Below are positions 37,482-47,249 of a DNA stretch of 64,000 nucleotides, one piece after another. This stretch comes from Aquificaceae bacterium. GTDB taxonomy: Bacteria; Aquificota; Aquificia; Aquificales; Aquificaceae. The position numbers were made by a program, and so were the translations under genes. The stretch is from positions 64,001 through 128,000 of the forward strand of contig JAXSNR010000002.1 in NCBI GenBank assembly GCA_037925075.1, read 5' to 3'. Under the pieces are notes generated by a model. It was not told where the DNA came from and did no database searches. It saw nothing but the letters and a program-made list of their open reading frames with translations. Numbering within the stretch: position 1 is the stretch's first letter; each line of letters begins with the position of its first letter.

Positions 37482-37534
37482 GTTAGCCCTCCTACAAAAG
37501 GAATTCAGAATAATATATGCTAAAATTTTTCACC

Positions 37535-38869
37535 ATGTATTCCCTTCTTCACAGATACAAAAATATAACGGTAGCCATCATAGCTTTGGCTACGGGGGGC
37601 TTCTTTCTGTGGCTTTTCTTTACGGGAAGCACAAGAGATATAACAGCCCCCTCAAAAAGGTGCGTGGCGGAGGTTGGCTCTGGATGTATAACCTTGAAGG
37701 ATTACAGAAGAGAACTTCTAAGGTTTTCAAGCCTTCTTCAGAATTCTGAAATGGAGAAGCTTGTTAGAGAACAGGTCCTTTCAAACCTTATAGCTCAGGA
37801 GCTTCTCTTTCAGAAGGCAAAGAGTCTATCCCTTATGGCAAGCGACGAGGAAGTGGTGGAGGTTATAAAGTCGGATCCAACCTTTCAGGAAGGTGGGCTC
37901 TTTAGCTTTTCCAAGTACAGGGAGGTGCTTTCAAGGATAGGACTGACACCCGAAGAGTACGAAGAATACATAAGAAAGACCCTTAGCATTCAAAAGCTTA
38001 TCAATCTTTTGAGCAACGGCATTTACCTTACAGAAAAAGAGTTGGAGATAAACCTCCTTGCGGACAGCGTCCTTTTAAGCGGTAGCCTCTACCTTATAAC
38101 CTCCGCGGACATATCTCAAGCCTACAAGCCCTCGGAACAGGAGATACTGGAATACTACCAGAAAAACAAAGAGCTTTTCAAAAGACCAGAGGGAAAGATA
38201 GTTTGGATATGGAGAGAAAAGGACAAGGACAAGGCTCTTTCCCTGTACAACAACCTAAAAGCAGGCAAGGAAGCACAAGGTTATGAAGAGTACAGACTGC
38301 CAGAAGACATGCAAAAGATGGGAGAACCCTTAAATAAAGAAGCCCAAAGGCTCACGCCTCAGGAGAGACTAAACATCACAAAGCATGGTGAGGATTATGT
38401 GGTTTTGTACCTAAAGCAAGTTCTTCCTGCTGGCTATGAGGACCTTGAGAAGGTAAAAGAAAAGGTAAGGGAGATGCTTGTGGAGGAGAAGTCTCAGTCT
38501 TTGGTAAAAGAAAAGGCACAGGAGATAGCAAGGGAGCTAAAGGCTGGCAAAAGACCAGAAGCAAAAACCCTCAATTTCTCCGATACACCAGTATCACAGC
38601 TCAATGCGGTAGTAGACATAGATCAAAGGGACTTGGTGCAGGTAGCCCTGTCTCAGGATAAGGTTTTCGGTCCTTATCCTCTTAAGCAAGGCTTTGGCGT
38701 TTTGCTTGTGGAAAGGAGAAGCAAAAAGGAGCTAAAACCCGAAGAGAGGGAAGAAGCTGTTAAGGACATACTCAGCCTTAAATCCCAAGCCATGCTTAGC
38801 CAATACGTGGACTATCTGAGAAAGAACACAAAGGTACACATAAACAAAGAACTCCTTGGAGGTGGATAA
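37535..38869 (+). CDS. SurA-N/PpiD-like periplasmic chaperone
   Basis: N-terminal anchor, SDEEV...I...PTFQ.GG.F...Y SurA_N pattern. Confidence 0.8.
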   Translation: MYSLLHRYKNITVAIIALATGGFFLWLFFTGSTRDITAPSKRCVAEVGSGCITLKDYRRELLRFSSLLQNSEMEKLVREQVLSNLIAQELLFQKAKSLSLMASDEEVVEVIKSDPTFQEGGLFSFSKYREVLSRIGLTPEEYEEYIRKTLSIQKLINLLSNGIYLTEKELEINLLADSVLLSGSLYLITSADISQAYKPSEQEILEYYQKNKELFKRPEGKIVWIWREKDKDKALSLYNNLKAGKEAQGYEEYRLPEDMQKMGEPLNKEAQRLTPQERLNITKHGEDYVVLYLKQVLPAGYEDLEKVKEKVREMLVEEKSQSLVKEKAQEIARELKAGKRPEAKTLNFSDTPVSQLNAVVDIDQRDLVQVALSQDKVFGPYPLKQGFGVLLVERRSKKELKPEEREEAVKDILSLKSQAMLSQYVDYLRKNTKVHINKELLGGG

Positions 38870-38870
38870 G

Positions 38871-39650
38871 ATGGAGAAAAAGTGGAGAACCGCCATAACC
38901 CAACATGTGGGGCATGAAACCTACATAAGAGGCTATAGGCTTTTGGACCTTGTGGGAAACCTTAGCTTTGCTCAAGCCATATACCTGATACTAAAGGGTG
39001 AGCTTCCCAATGAAAAGGAATCCAAGATGATGGAAGCCATGTTTGTATCTGTAATTGACCATGGTATTGCACCACCTTCTGTTATCGCCGCAAGGTCTGT
39101 GGCTTCTGGTGGTAATTCCCTAAATGTGGGCGTTGCGGCGGGTGTGCTTGCCTTTGGTTCTGCTCATGGCGGTGCCCTTGAGGACGCTATGAGATTCATA
39201 CAAGAGGGTGTCTCCAGTGGAAGAAGTGTAGAAGAGATAGTAAAAGGATACTTAGAAGCCAAAAAGCCCATACCCGGCTATGGGCACAGGTACTATAAGG
39301 ATTTTGACCCAAGGACAAAAAGACTGATGGATATAGCCAGAGAACTTGGCTTTTATGGCAAACACTGTGAGTTTGCGGAGGCTGTTCAAGAAGAGATTGG
39401 CAGGCAAAAGGGTAAAAAGCTGGTGCTAAACGTGGACGGAGGTATCGCTGCGGTTGCCTCAGAGATGGGCTTTGACTGGAGGCTTGGAAAGGGCTTTTTT
39501 ATAATAGGTAGAGTCCCGGGGCTTGTCGCCCATGTTTATGAGGAGCTTACCACAGAAAAGCCCTTCTCCAAAAGGCTTGACGAAGAGACAGAAACCGAGT
39601 ACACAGGAGTACCACCAAGGGAGCTACCTGCGGAGTTTAGGAAGCTGTGA
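38871..39650 (+). CDS. ccl: Citryl-CoA lyase (reductive TCA cycle)
   Basis: Short citrate-synthase fold: WRTAIT, DHG, HGGA, PGYGH, DPR, NVDG. Confidence 0.9.
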   Translation: MEKKWRTAITQHVGHETYIRGYRLLDLVGNLSFAQAIYLILKGELPNEKESKMMEAMFVSVIDHGIAPPSVIAARSVASGGNSLNVGVAAGVLAFGSAHGGALEDAMRFIQEGVSSGRSVEEIVKGYLEAKKPIPGYGHRYYKDFDPRTKRLMDIARELGFYGKHCEFAEAVQEEIGRQKGKKLVLNVDGGIAAVASEMGFDWRLGKGFFIIGRVPGLVAHVYEELTTEKPFSKRLDEETETEYTGVPPRELPAEFRKL

Positions 39651-40010
39651 ACCTACAGGCAGGTATAATCAGGGTATACAGATTTTTTACCGGAATAGTC
39701 TTTAACATAGCCATAATCATCCTTTTATTCTCCCTTTTCGTGGGCTTGGTAAGAACCATTACTGAGCTTAGATTGACCTTTACAGAAGAAACAGTTTGAG
39801 CTTGTAAGAGCCTTCGTGGACTATTTTGAGCACGAAAGAGTAAGAATTGAAATACTCATAGAGATAGCTATAGCTTTTCTGATAAGGAAATTTATGATCT
39901 ATGTTTTTGCTGGTCATGCCAAGGGAATGGATATACTCCTATGGGCTTTTGGTATAGCCTTTTTGGTAGGTGCAAGGACTCTCACGGTTGTTTTCAAGCC
40001 CACAAAATGA
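39647..40010 (+). pseudogene. PsiE-family membrane protein, frameshifted/internally deleted
   Basis: GTG coupled to the ccl stop gives MNLQAG...TEETV*; another frame continues ELVRAFVDYFEHERVRIE...IRK. Confidence 0.7.
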
Positions 40011-40012
40011 GT

Positions 40013-40255
40013 TCAAACTTCATAGATAAGGTCAAGGAGTTCCTTTGCCCTCTGGGGGTCTATATCCTTTAACTTCTTATAGACCTCCCTCGCCTGTGAA
40101 ACCTTGCCAGCCCTTTTGTAGGCAACTCCCAGCTTGAAGAGGAGCTCCGGGTCTTCTGGTTTTTGCTCCAACTCCCTTTTTAGGTCTTCTATAAACTTCT
40201 CCAATAGACCTTCTCCCATCTTGCTAAATAGGCCTTTGTACCCCTTTTCCATCAT
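40013..40255 (-). CDS. Small TPR protein
   Basis: PEDPELLFKLGVAYKRAG...AREVY...IDP. Confidence 0.8.
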   Translation of the reverse strand: MMEKGYKGLFSKMGEGLLEKFIEDLKRELEQKPEDPELLFKLGVAYKRAGKVSQAREVYKKLKDIDPQRAKELLDLIYEV

Positions 40256-40761
40256 AGCTTCGCTCCGTAAAATCTGTAATTAAGACCGCATATCCTATCT
40301 AAGTTTTCTAAAAGTATATCCTCCACAAAGGGGTTATGGGACACCACCACTACACTTAGTCCAAAGCCTCCTTCTTCTAGCAGTCTTCTTGAAGTTAAAA
40401 GAAAGCTCCTTAGCACCTCATCTTTTTCTATCTCAAAGGGTGCTCCAAGAAAGTGATGGCTAATGCTCAAAAAACTACCCGGCTTTACCCTCACGGTAAG
40501 CCTTATTGGATTTAGACTTTCTATAAGACGCTCTTTTTCAAGGGCATACTCAAGCCCAAACATGAGCATGGCGTCGGTTATAAGATGTTTGGAAGACAGA
40601 GATACAAACTGCCTAAAGCCACTTTCTCTAAAGTCCAGCTTCAGGTTGTCTCTTACCGTTTCTACCCAGTGGGGGTGAGGGTTTTCCAATAGCCAGAAGA
40701 TTTTCTCAGGATAAAAACTCTGACCTTCCTGCCTTCCCCATAGCATGGTGATAAGGGGCAT
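40252..40761 (-). CDS. Hypothetical protein
   Basis: 169-aa ORF coupled to the TPR gene; host-like codon use. Confidence 0.65.
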   Translation of the reverse strand: MPLITMLWGRQEGQSFYPEKIFWLLENPHPHWVETVRDNLKLDFRESGFRQFVSLSSKHLITDAMLMFGLEYALEKERLIESLNPIRLTVRVKPGSFLSISHHFLGAPFEIEKDEVLRSFLLTSRRLLEEGGFGLSVVVVSHNPFVEDILLENLDRICGLNYRFYGAKL

Positions 40762-40851
40762 TGTTATAAATATAGGCTGGGTTTATACACGTTAGCTGAG
40801 AAATTAAAACTCGCATGGACTCTTCCAATTACCACACTTGGGATTATGTAG

Positions 40852-41275
40852 GTCTATAAAGCCCTTGAAAAGGGGCTTGGCAAGGAAGAAGCTAAAAAGA
40901 TGGTTCATGGGCTTGAGAAAGCAATCTCTGAAGCCACAGAGTATAAGTGGGCAACCACAAAGGAAGAGATAATAGCCGAGTTTAGGAAAGAGATTGATTC
41001 ACTCAGGAAAGAGATTGACGCCATAAGGTAAGGAATTTGTCACAAGGGAACTCTTTGAAGAGAGAATGAATGCCCTACGGGCAGAGCTTGAAGGTAAGAT
41101 AGAAAACGTAAGGGTTGACCTTGAGGGCAAGATAGAAAATGTAAGGATTGGTCTTATCGCAGAGATAAAAAGGCTTGACATAAAGCTGACTTTTTTGATC
41201 ATCCTTATGATAGTAGCCCTTACGCTTATGAATCCTGTGGTGGCGGAGATAATAAAGAAACTTTTGAAGCTTTGA
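40852..41275 (+). pseudogene. Coiled-coil, C-terminally anchored repeat protein (DUF1640-like), disrupted
   Basis: VYKALEKGLGKEEAKK...DAIR* then a one-base shift to KEFVTRELFEER...TM; 21-bp and 33-bp tandem repeats; in-frame TAG before the 5' part. Confidence 0.7.
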
Positions 41276-41341
41276 ATTCCCTAATCTGTGATAAGTCAAA
41301 GGACATTGTTATAAATTTAGCCTGACCTATATTTTTATAGC

Positions 41342-42733
41342 ATGTTTGGTGTGCTAAGGAAAAAACCTCTTGATAAAATTATGGAAGTTCTCGGAAAAGA
41401 AAAGGTAAAGACCTCCTTGGTGGAGAGGAAGTTATACTCCTATGATGCAACTCCCATACCCATTGAAAGGGCTTTGCCTTCTGGGGTGGTTTTCCCCGAA
41501 AGCCATGAGGATGTGGTCAAGCTCGTAAAAGTATGCTACGAAGAGAATATACCCATCTTTCCAAGAGGGGCGGGCTCGGGTTTGACTGGCGGTGCGGTAC
41601 CCACCTCAGATAGGGGCGTGGTGGTGTCCTTTGAAAGGATGAACCGCTTTGAGGTAGATGTGGATAACGCCACCGCAGAGGTCCAGCCGGGGGTGATAAC
41701 CGCCCAATTTCAGGACCATGTGGAAAAGTTGGGCCTTTTCTATCCACCGGACCCTTCCTCCTTTAAGTATTCCACGCTGGGGGGAAATATTGCAGAAAAT
41801 GCAGGTGGACCGAGATGTCTCAAATATGGAGTTACCCGCGAGTACGTGCTTGGACTGACGGCGGTCATAAAGGAGGGAGAAACCATTAAAGCGGGAAACC
41901 CCGTCATAAAGGATGTGGCAGGATACGACATTACAAAGCTTTTTGTGGGTTCTGAAGGGACCTTGGGACTGATAACTTCCGCAACTCTTAAGCTCATACC
42001 AAAGCCCAAGGCAAGGGCAACCGCCTTGGCACTTTTTGACAGGCTTGAGGATGTGGGAAGGGCTGTCACAAAAATATTCACCTCTGGCATATTCCCTTCA
42101 GCCCTTGAGTTTATGGACGAGGACGCCATAAGGGCTGTAGAAGACTACAAACCGGTGGGACTACCAAAGGTATCCGCCCTGCTTTTAATAGAGGTTGATG
42201 GCTCTCCCCTCAGTGTGCAGGAAGATATAAGGGACATAAAGAACCTTCTTCAACCCATGGGAATTGAAGTAAGGACAGCACAAAGCAAGGAAGAGGAAGA
42301 GAAGCTTTGGAGTGCAAGGAAGAACTTAGGTCCAGCTTTGGGAAACCTAAAAACTGGTAAGATAAACGAAGACATAGTCATACCCAGAATACACCTCTCT
42401 GAGGCAATCCCAGAGTTCAGAAGAGTCGCAAAGAAGTATAACCTACTCATGGTCATATTCGGTCATATAGGTGATGGAAACCTCCATGTGAACCTGCTAT
42501 ACGATAAGGCAAACAAGGAGGAAGAAAGCAGGGCGGAAAGGGCTGTGGATGAGGTTTTTGAGATAGCCCTCAAGTACAGGGGGTCCATAACGGGAGAGCA
42601 TGGTGTGGGGCTTACAAAAAGGAAGTTTCTCCAATGGCAGTTTGGACCTGTAGGGTACGAAATGCTAAAAGGTATAAAGAGGCTCTTTGACCCTAAAAAT
42701 CTGTTCAATCCCGGTAAGGTTGTGGAGGTGTAA
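41342..42733 (+). CDS. FAD-linked oxidase (GlcD/D-lactate dehydrogenase family)
   Basis: RGAGSGLTGG, PPDPSS, GSEGTLG, GHIGDGNLH, GEHGVG, NPGK. Confidence 0.93.
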   Translation: MFGVLRKKPLDKIMEVLGKEKVKTSLVERKLYSYDATPIPIERALPSGVVFPESHEDVVKLVKVCYEENIPIFPRGAGSGLTGGAVPTSDRGVVVSFERMNRFEVDVDNATAEVQPGVITAQFQDHVEKLGLFYPPDPSSFKYSTLGGNIAENAGGPRCLKYGVTREYVLGLTAVIKEGETIKAGNPVIKDVAGYDITKLFVGSEGTLGLITSATLKLIPKPKARATALALFDRLEDVGRAVTKIFTSGIFPSALEFMDEDAIRAVEDYKPVGLPKVSALLLIEVDGSPLSVQEDIRDIKNLLQPMGIEVRTAQSKEEEEKLWSARKNLGPALGNLKTGKINEDIVIPRIHLSEAIPEFRRVAKKYNLLMVIFGHIGDGNLHVNLLYDKANKEEESRAERAVDEVFEIALKYRGSITGEHGVGLTKRKFLQWQFGPVGYEMLKGIKRLFDPKNLFNPGKVVEV

Positions 42734-42734
42734 T

Positions 42735-43619
42735 ATGAAGAGACTAATTTTTGCCCTTCTAACCTTTGTAAGTTTAAGCACCGCAACCGACGAGTTTGTA
42801 AAGGGTCTGATAGAAAAATTTATGGAGAAGGGTAAATCCGCATGGTGGTGGGACTCCAAGTGGTGGGAAGAGGGTTATATAGAGAACATGCCTAACTACA
42901 AGGTAAGGGTTGAAACCCTCGTAGTTAAGAAAAGAGATGTGGAGATACCAGTCTATGTGTACAGGCCAGATGACAAGGAAAGATACCCTGGCGTTCTTTT
43001 TATACATGGAAGGCGCGGGCTTGATGAACTCTTCCAACTGCATGCAAAAAGGCTTGCCAGCAAAGGGTTTGTTGTAATAGCACCAGACCTTTACACTGGA
43101 AGGCTTATACCCCAGTTTCCCATAGAGCACGACCCTGTGCTGGAGGAAGACCTTGACGCAGTCCTTGTTTATGCCCTTAACCGAAATGATATAAAGAGTA
43201 AGAAACTCTGTGCTTACGGGCTCACCAGAGGTGGCTACTACGGAATCAGATTGCTTGTAACCTTCAAAAGACAAGAGAAGGACATAGCCTGCTTTGTGGC
43301 TTACTATCCCCATATGCAAAACCCAAACGCCCCAGAACCTGAACAAGTTTACCGCTACGCTCCTGAATGGGAAAGTCTTAAGATACCAACCCTTATACTT
43401 GTAGGCGAAAATGAACAATATCAGAGAATAAGACCAGCACTGGTGGCTGTGGAACACCTCAGAGCTAAGGGTGTGCCCATATGGATAGTGGTTTATCCGG
43501 GTGTGGGTAGAGGCTTTGACTTTAGGCTTGATAGGAGAACCTTTGCGGACGACCTTGCCTCAAAGGATGCCCTCATAAGGTCTTCCCTCTTTATGAAGAA
43601 GTATTTAGAAAAGGAATAG
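42735..43619 (+). CDS. Exported dienelactone-hydrolase-fold protein
   Basis: Signal peptide MKRLIF...; PGVLFIHG, GFVVIAPDLY, GLTRGG, YPGVGRGF. Confidence 0.8.
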   Translation: MKRLIFALLTFVSLSTATDEFVKGLIEKFMEKGKSAWWWDSKWWEEGYIENMPNYKVRVETLVVKKRDVEIPVYVYRPDDKERYPGVLFIHGRRGLDELFQLHAKRLASKGFVVIAPDLYTGRLIPQFPIEHDPVLEEDLDAVLVYALNRNDIKSKKLCAYGLTRGGYYGIRLLVTFKRQEKDIACFVAYYPHMQNPNAPEPEQVYRYAPEWESLKIPTLILVGENEQYQRIRPALVAVEHLRAKGVPIWIVVYPGVGRGFDFRLDRRTFADDLASKDALIRSSLFMKKYLEKE

Positions 43620-44001
43620 CCTCCAACGCCCTACGGAATATTTCCTTGTCTCCCTTATACTTGAGCAACCTCTTTGCCTCTTCAATGGTGAAAAACTTTG
43701 CATCCTTTACTTCCCAAGAGGGCTTAGGTTCACCATGAAGGTATTCCATAAGATAGTAAACCACCCTCTTTCTTATCTTTTCTCCTTCTCTCACATACCA
43801 ATAGCTTATTCTGCCAAGCTCCAAAACTATCCTTCCCTTTACTCCTGTCTCCTCGTAAACTTCTCTGATTGCAGTATCCTCTGGCTTTTCTCCCTTTTCT
43901 ACAAGACCCTTTGGAAAGGTCCATACATCAGAAGGATTTTTTATGAGCAATACCCTTCCCTCTTTTATTAGCAAGCCCCCTGCTGAAAATTCTTCCTTCA
44001 T
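43591..44001 (-). CDS. Nudix hydrolase (Ap4A hydrolase-like)
   Basis: SAGG, WTFPKG, Nudix box GEKPEDTAIREVYEETG. Confidence 0.92.
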   Translation of the reverse strand: MKEEFSAGGLLIKEGRVLLIKNPSDVWTFPKGLVEKGEKPEDTAIREVYEETGVKGRIVLELGRISYWYVREGEKIRKRVVYYLMEYLHGEPKPSWEVKDAKFFTIEEAKRLLKYKGDKEIFRRALEAIPFLNTSS

Positions 44002-44618
44002 GGTAGAACCTCCACCTTTCCCCTTGTGATAACCCTTCCCCTAAGCACCTTTTCTTCCCTTCTTATGCGTACTGTTTTTCCTACTGTGCCAGAATCCACC
44101 GCCACAGCTTGAAAAGTCACCTCAAGGGAACCACTCCTGTATATCACCTCCACCACCTCTCCGGCTTTCACCGCAGGCACCTCTTTGAGAAAGGACCTTC
44201 TTAGCATGGTTCCCTTGGTTATCCGCGTTGAAGCCACGTAGTTTTCAAATTCCTCAGGGTTAAGCCTGAGGTCCGATGGTATGGTTTTCATAAACCTCTC
44301 TTCCACCTTGAATTGCTCAGCTTTTATGGAACTTCCCCGCGGTATGTCTTCAAGGGCTATAAAGACCCTTGCCCTCCAGAGGGCATCTATGATAGCCTGA
44401 TATCTCTCTCCGCCCGAATACAAGTAAGCAACCGCTCTGCTTCTGCCGTATTCCATATCCAACTCAATCTTTTCAAAATCCAGATTTTTTGGTGTGATAA
44501 GCTTGATCTTTTGGAGCTTTACATTATCACCAAAGCGTTTGTAAACCTCAGACTCCACAAACTTTTCAGGGCTGGCAAGGGCAAAGCAAAAAAGTATAAG
44601 GATGCTAAAAAGCCACAT
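43998..44618 (-). CDS. flgA: Flagellar P-ring formation chaperone
   Basis: Signal peptide, SAF-like region, VKAGEVV...AVDSG.VG.TVRI. Confidence 0.85.
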   Translation of the reverse strand: MWLFSILILFCFALASPEKFVESEVYKRFGDNVKLQKIKLITPKNLDFEKIELDMEYGRSRAVAYLYSGGERYQAIIDALWRARVFIALEDIPRGSSIKAEQFKVEERFMKTIPSDLRLNPEEFENYVASTRITKGTMLRRSFLKEVPAVKAGEVVEVIYRSGSLEVTFQAVAVDSGTVGKTVRIRREEKVLRGRVITRGKVEVLP

Positions 44619-45288
44619 TCATAGTCTGCATAAGCTCCCTTATAAGGGTGGCTGGCTCTACTTCCTTTGGACACACCAAGTTGCACTTGTTGCAAGAAAG
44701 ACAGTGGTATAGGTTCCCATCCCTTAGGGCTTGTTTTATTCGGAGCTCCTTTTGCTCTTCCCTTGGGTCCTCATAGAACCTAAACAGCTTGGCAAAGAAC
44801 AAAGGTCCCGCATAGTCCTTTTCGAGCACCTGAGGGCAATAAGACTGACAGGCAAGACAAAGGATACAATCTGCGGAGTTCTCTATTTTTTTGCTAAGCT
44901 CTGGGTTTATCCTTGGGTTTTTGCCTTGCTCCCTTATCCAAAGCCTGAGGTTTTTAACCTTTTGCACCACCTCCTCATTGTCCACCGCAAGGTCCCTTAT
45001 TACCTTGAAGTTTCTTATAGGTTCTATTAGCACCTCCTGCCCAAAAAGAACGTAGGGAAGCGCCTGTTCTTTGCAGGCAAGTTTTGGAAAGCCGTTGACC
45101 ATTATGGTGCATGTGCCACATATACCCGCCCTGCAAAAGTGTCTGAAGCTAAGGGTAGGTTCCATGTCTTCCTTTATCTTCTGAAGGGCACTCAGAAGAG
45201 TCATGCCCTCTTGATATGGGATTTCAAAGGTTTGGTAGTAGGGCTCTCCGGAGCCTTCCTGTCTTCTTATTTTCAGCCTTAAGACCAT
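44605..45288 (-). CDS. Succinate dehydrogenase/fumarate reductase iron-sulfur subunit
   Basis: CRAGICGTC...LAC, CILCLACQSYCP, CLSCNKCNLVCP; start placed at MVLRLK. Confidence 0.92.
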   Translation of the reverse strand: MVLRLKIRRQEGSGEPYYQTFEIPYQEGMTLLSALQKIKEDMEPTLSFRHFCRAGICGTCTIMVNGFPKLACKEQALPYVLFGQEVLIEPIRNFKVIRDLAVDNEEVVQKVKNLRLWIREQGKNPRINPELSKKIENSADCILCLACQSYCPQVLEKDYAGPLFFAKLFRFYEDPREEQKELRIKQALRDGNLYHCLSCNKCNLVCPKEVEPATLIRELMQTMNVAF

Positions 45289-45307
45289 GTTTAAATAATG
45301 TATTCTA

Positions 45308-46492
45308 TTGTCTATGCTGGTCAAGCACTTTGAAAGCAGGGAAGCCTTTTACAGGTTTCTTAAAGAAAAGTTGGGCGTGTTTTTTAGAGAAGCCTACGAA
45401 AGGAGTTTTGAGGGTATTTTTCATGTGATATACCTCAGAGATGTAAAGCCCGAAGTTCTTGTCCCTCTGGCGAAAAAAGCCTGCCTGCATGCCTTTTATG
45501 GCGAGGGTTCTGTTGCCCTCTGTGGTTCAGAAGCCCAGTTTAGAGACTTTTGTTCTAAGCTTGTGAAAGAGGACAAAGGCCTCGCCCTTGAAATACTCCA
45601 AAAGCTCCAGAATTACAGAAAAAGGTCCTTTAAGCTCCAGTTTCGCCAAAAAATACTACCTCTGGGCATAAAAACCGCTATTATGGGCGTTTTGAACATA
45701 ACACCGGATTCCTTTTCTGATGGTGGGCTTTATATGCAACCTTCCGTTGCCATAAAAAGGGCTGTGCAGATGGTGGAAGAGGGTGCGGATATAATAGATA
45801 TTGGTGCGGAGTCCACAAGGCCGGGTTCTAAGCGAATAGATGCGGAAGAGGAGCTAAGAAGGATTCTTCCGGTGCTCAGGGAGGTAAGAAGGGAGCTTCC
45901 GGAGGCTTGGATCTCCATAGACACTTATAAGGCACAGGTGGCAAAGGTATGCCTTGAAGAAGGGGCGGACATGATAAACGATATAAGCGGTGGGACCTTT
46001 GACCAAGAGATGTTCCAAGTGGTAGCCCAGTATAACTGTCCCTATGTGCTTATGCATATAAAGGGAAGACCAGAGACATGGAAAGAAAACCCACCCGTCT
46101 ATGAGGATGTGGTGGAAGAGATAGTTCTTTGGCTTGATGAAAGGTTAATCAAGCTAAAAGAGGCTGGGTACCAAGGGCAAGCCATCCTTGACCCGGGCAT
46201 AGGCTTTGGAAAGTTGCCCGAGCATAATGTGGAAATACTCAAAAGGTTTGATGAATTTAAGATATTTGGTCTTCCTCTTCTTGTGGGGGTTTCGAGAAAG
46301 TCCTTTATAGGTGTTGTTTTGGAGGGATTGCTCAGAAAGAAGACCGAACCTATGGAGAGGCTTTACGGTAGCTTGGGAGCACTTGCCCTTGCGGTGGTAA
46401 AGGGAGCAAACATGGTAAGGGTTCACGACGTAAAGGAAACCAGAGAGTTTCTTGCACTTCTTGACACGGTAAGGACTTATGGTGAATTTTAA
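45308..46492 (+). CDS. folP: Dihydropteroate synthase with N-terminal extension
   Basis: MGVLNITPDSFSDGG, ESTRPG, DPGIGFGK, SRKS, RVHDV. Confidence 0.95.
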   Translation: MSMLVKHFESREAFYRFLKEKLGVFFREAYERSFEGIFHVIYLRDVKPEVLVPLAKKACLHAFYGEGSVALCGSEAQFRDFCSKLVKEDKGLALEILQKLQNYRKRSFKLQFRQKILPLGIKTAIMGVLNITPDSFSDGGLYMQPSVAIKRAVQMVEEGADIIDIGAESTRPGSKRIDAEEELRRILPVLREVRRELPEAWISIDTYKAQVAKVCLEEGADMINDISGGTFDQEMFQVVAQYNCPYVLMHIKGRPETWKENPPVYEDVVEEIVLWLDERLIKLKEAGYQGQAILDPGIGFGKLPEHNVEILKRFDEFKIFGLPLLVGVSRKSFIGVVLEGLLRKKTEPMERLYGSLGALALAVVKGANMVRVHDVKETREFLALLDTVRTYGEF

Positions 46493-47249
46493 CTGGGATT
46501 TATTTAGCTTATTCTCATGGAGAGACATCTTTGACATACTGGCGGTTTCTGCCTTCATATACGGCATTTTGTATTTTCTTCGTATAACAAAGGGTCTTCA
46601 GATTTTTAAGGGGATTGTGGTCCTTGCAGGCTTTTGGCTTGTCGCGGAGCTTTTAGGTCTAAAAACCCTCTCATGGGTCTTCGAAAAGCTTTGGACTGTG
46701 GGGCTCTTTTCTCTTGTGGTCATATTTCAGCCGGAGATAAGGAAAACCCTTAGCAAGCTTGGTCAGAGGACGGGCATATCTGTTATAAAGCCCGTGGAGG
46801 AGAGGGTCGTGGACAGGATTGTAAGGGCATGCTCCTTCCTCTCAGACAGACAGATAGGAGCTCTCATAGTTATAGAGAGAGGGCAAAGCGTGGAGGGTGT
46901 GGTGGAAGGGTGTGTGCTTATAGACAGCCTCGTGTCCGTTGAATTGCTTATCACCATATTTAACCCCATATCTCCATTGCACGATGGTGCGGTGGTGGTA
47001 AGAGGAGATAGGGTTATCTACGCCTCTTGTATACTGCCCCTATCAAAGTCCCCAGAACTCCCCAAGAAATACGGCACAAGACACAGGGCCGCCTTAGGTA
47101 TAGCGGAAGAAACAGACGCCTTGGCTGTGGTGGTCTCGGAAGAAACTGGAGAGATTTCCCTATCAGTGGGAGGAAAACTCAAAAGAAACCTTGACCCAGA
47201 ACTACTTAGGGAACTGCTTTTAAAGGAGTTGAAAGTTGAGAAGGCTTGA
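46479..47249 (+). CDS. cdaA: Diadenylate cyclase (CdaA/DacA)
   Basis: Three TMs, FQPEIR, LHDGA, GTRHRAA, SEETG. Confidence 0.95.
   Translation: MVNFNWDLFSLFSWRDIFDILAVSAFIYGILYFLRITKGLQIFKGIVVLAGFWLVAELLGLKTLSWVFEKLWTVGLFSLVVIFQPEIRKTLSKLGQRTGISVIKPVEERVVDRIVRACSFLSDRQIGALIVIERGQSVEGVVEGCVLIDSLVSVELLITIFNPISPLHDGAVVVRGDRVIYASCILPLSKSPELPKKYGTRHRAALGIAEETDALAVVVSEETGEISLSVGGKLKRNLDPELLRELLLKELKVEKA

Noticed and set aside
42774..43457. Long antisense ORFs (also 49900-50454, 53267-53842, 59619-60302, 60844-61476, 62803-63435)
   Set aside because: Fully opposite well-supported genes with no recognisable motifs; expected from codon bias
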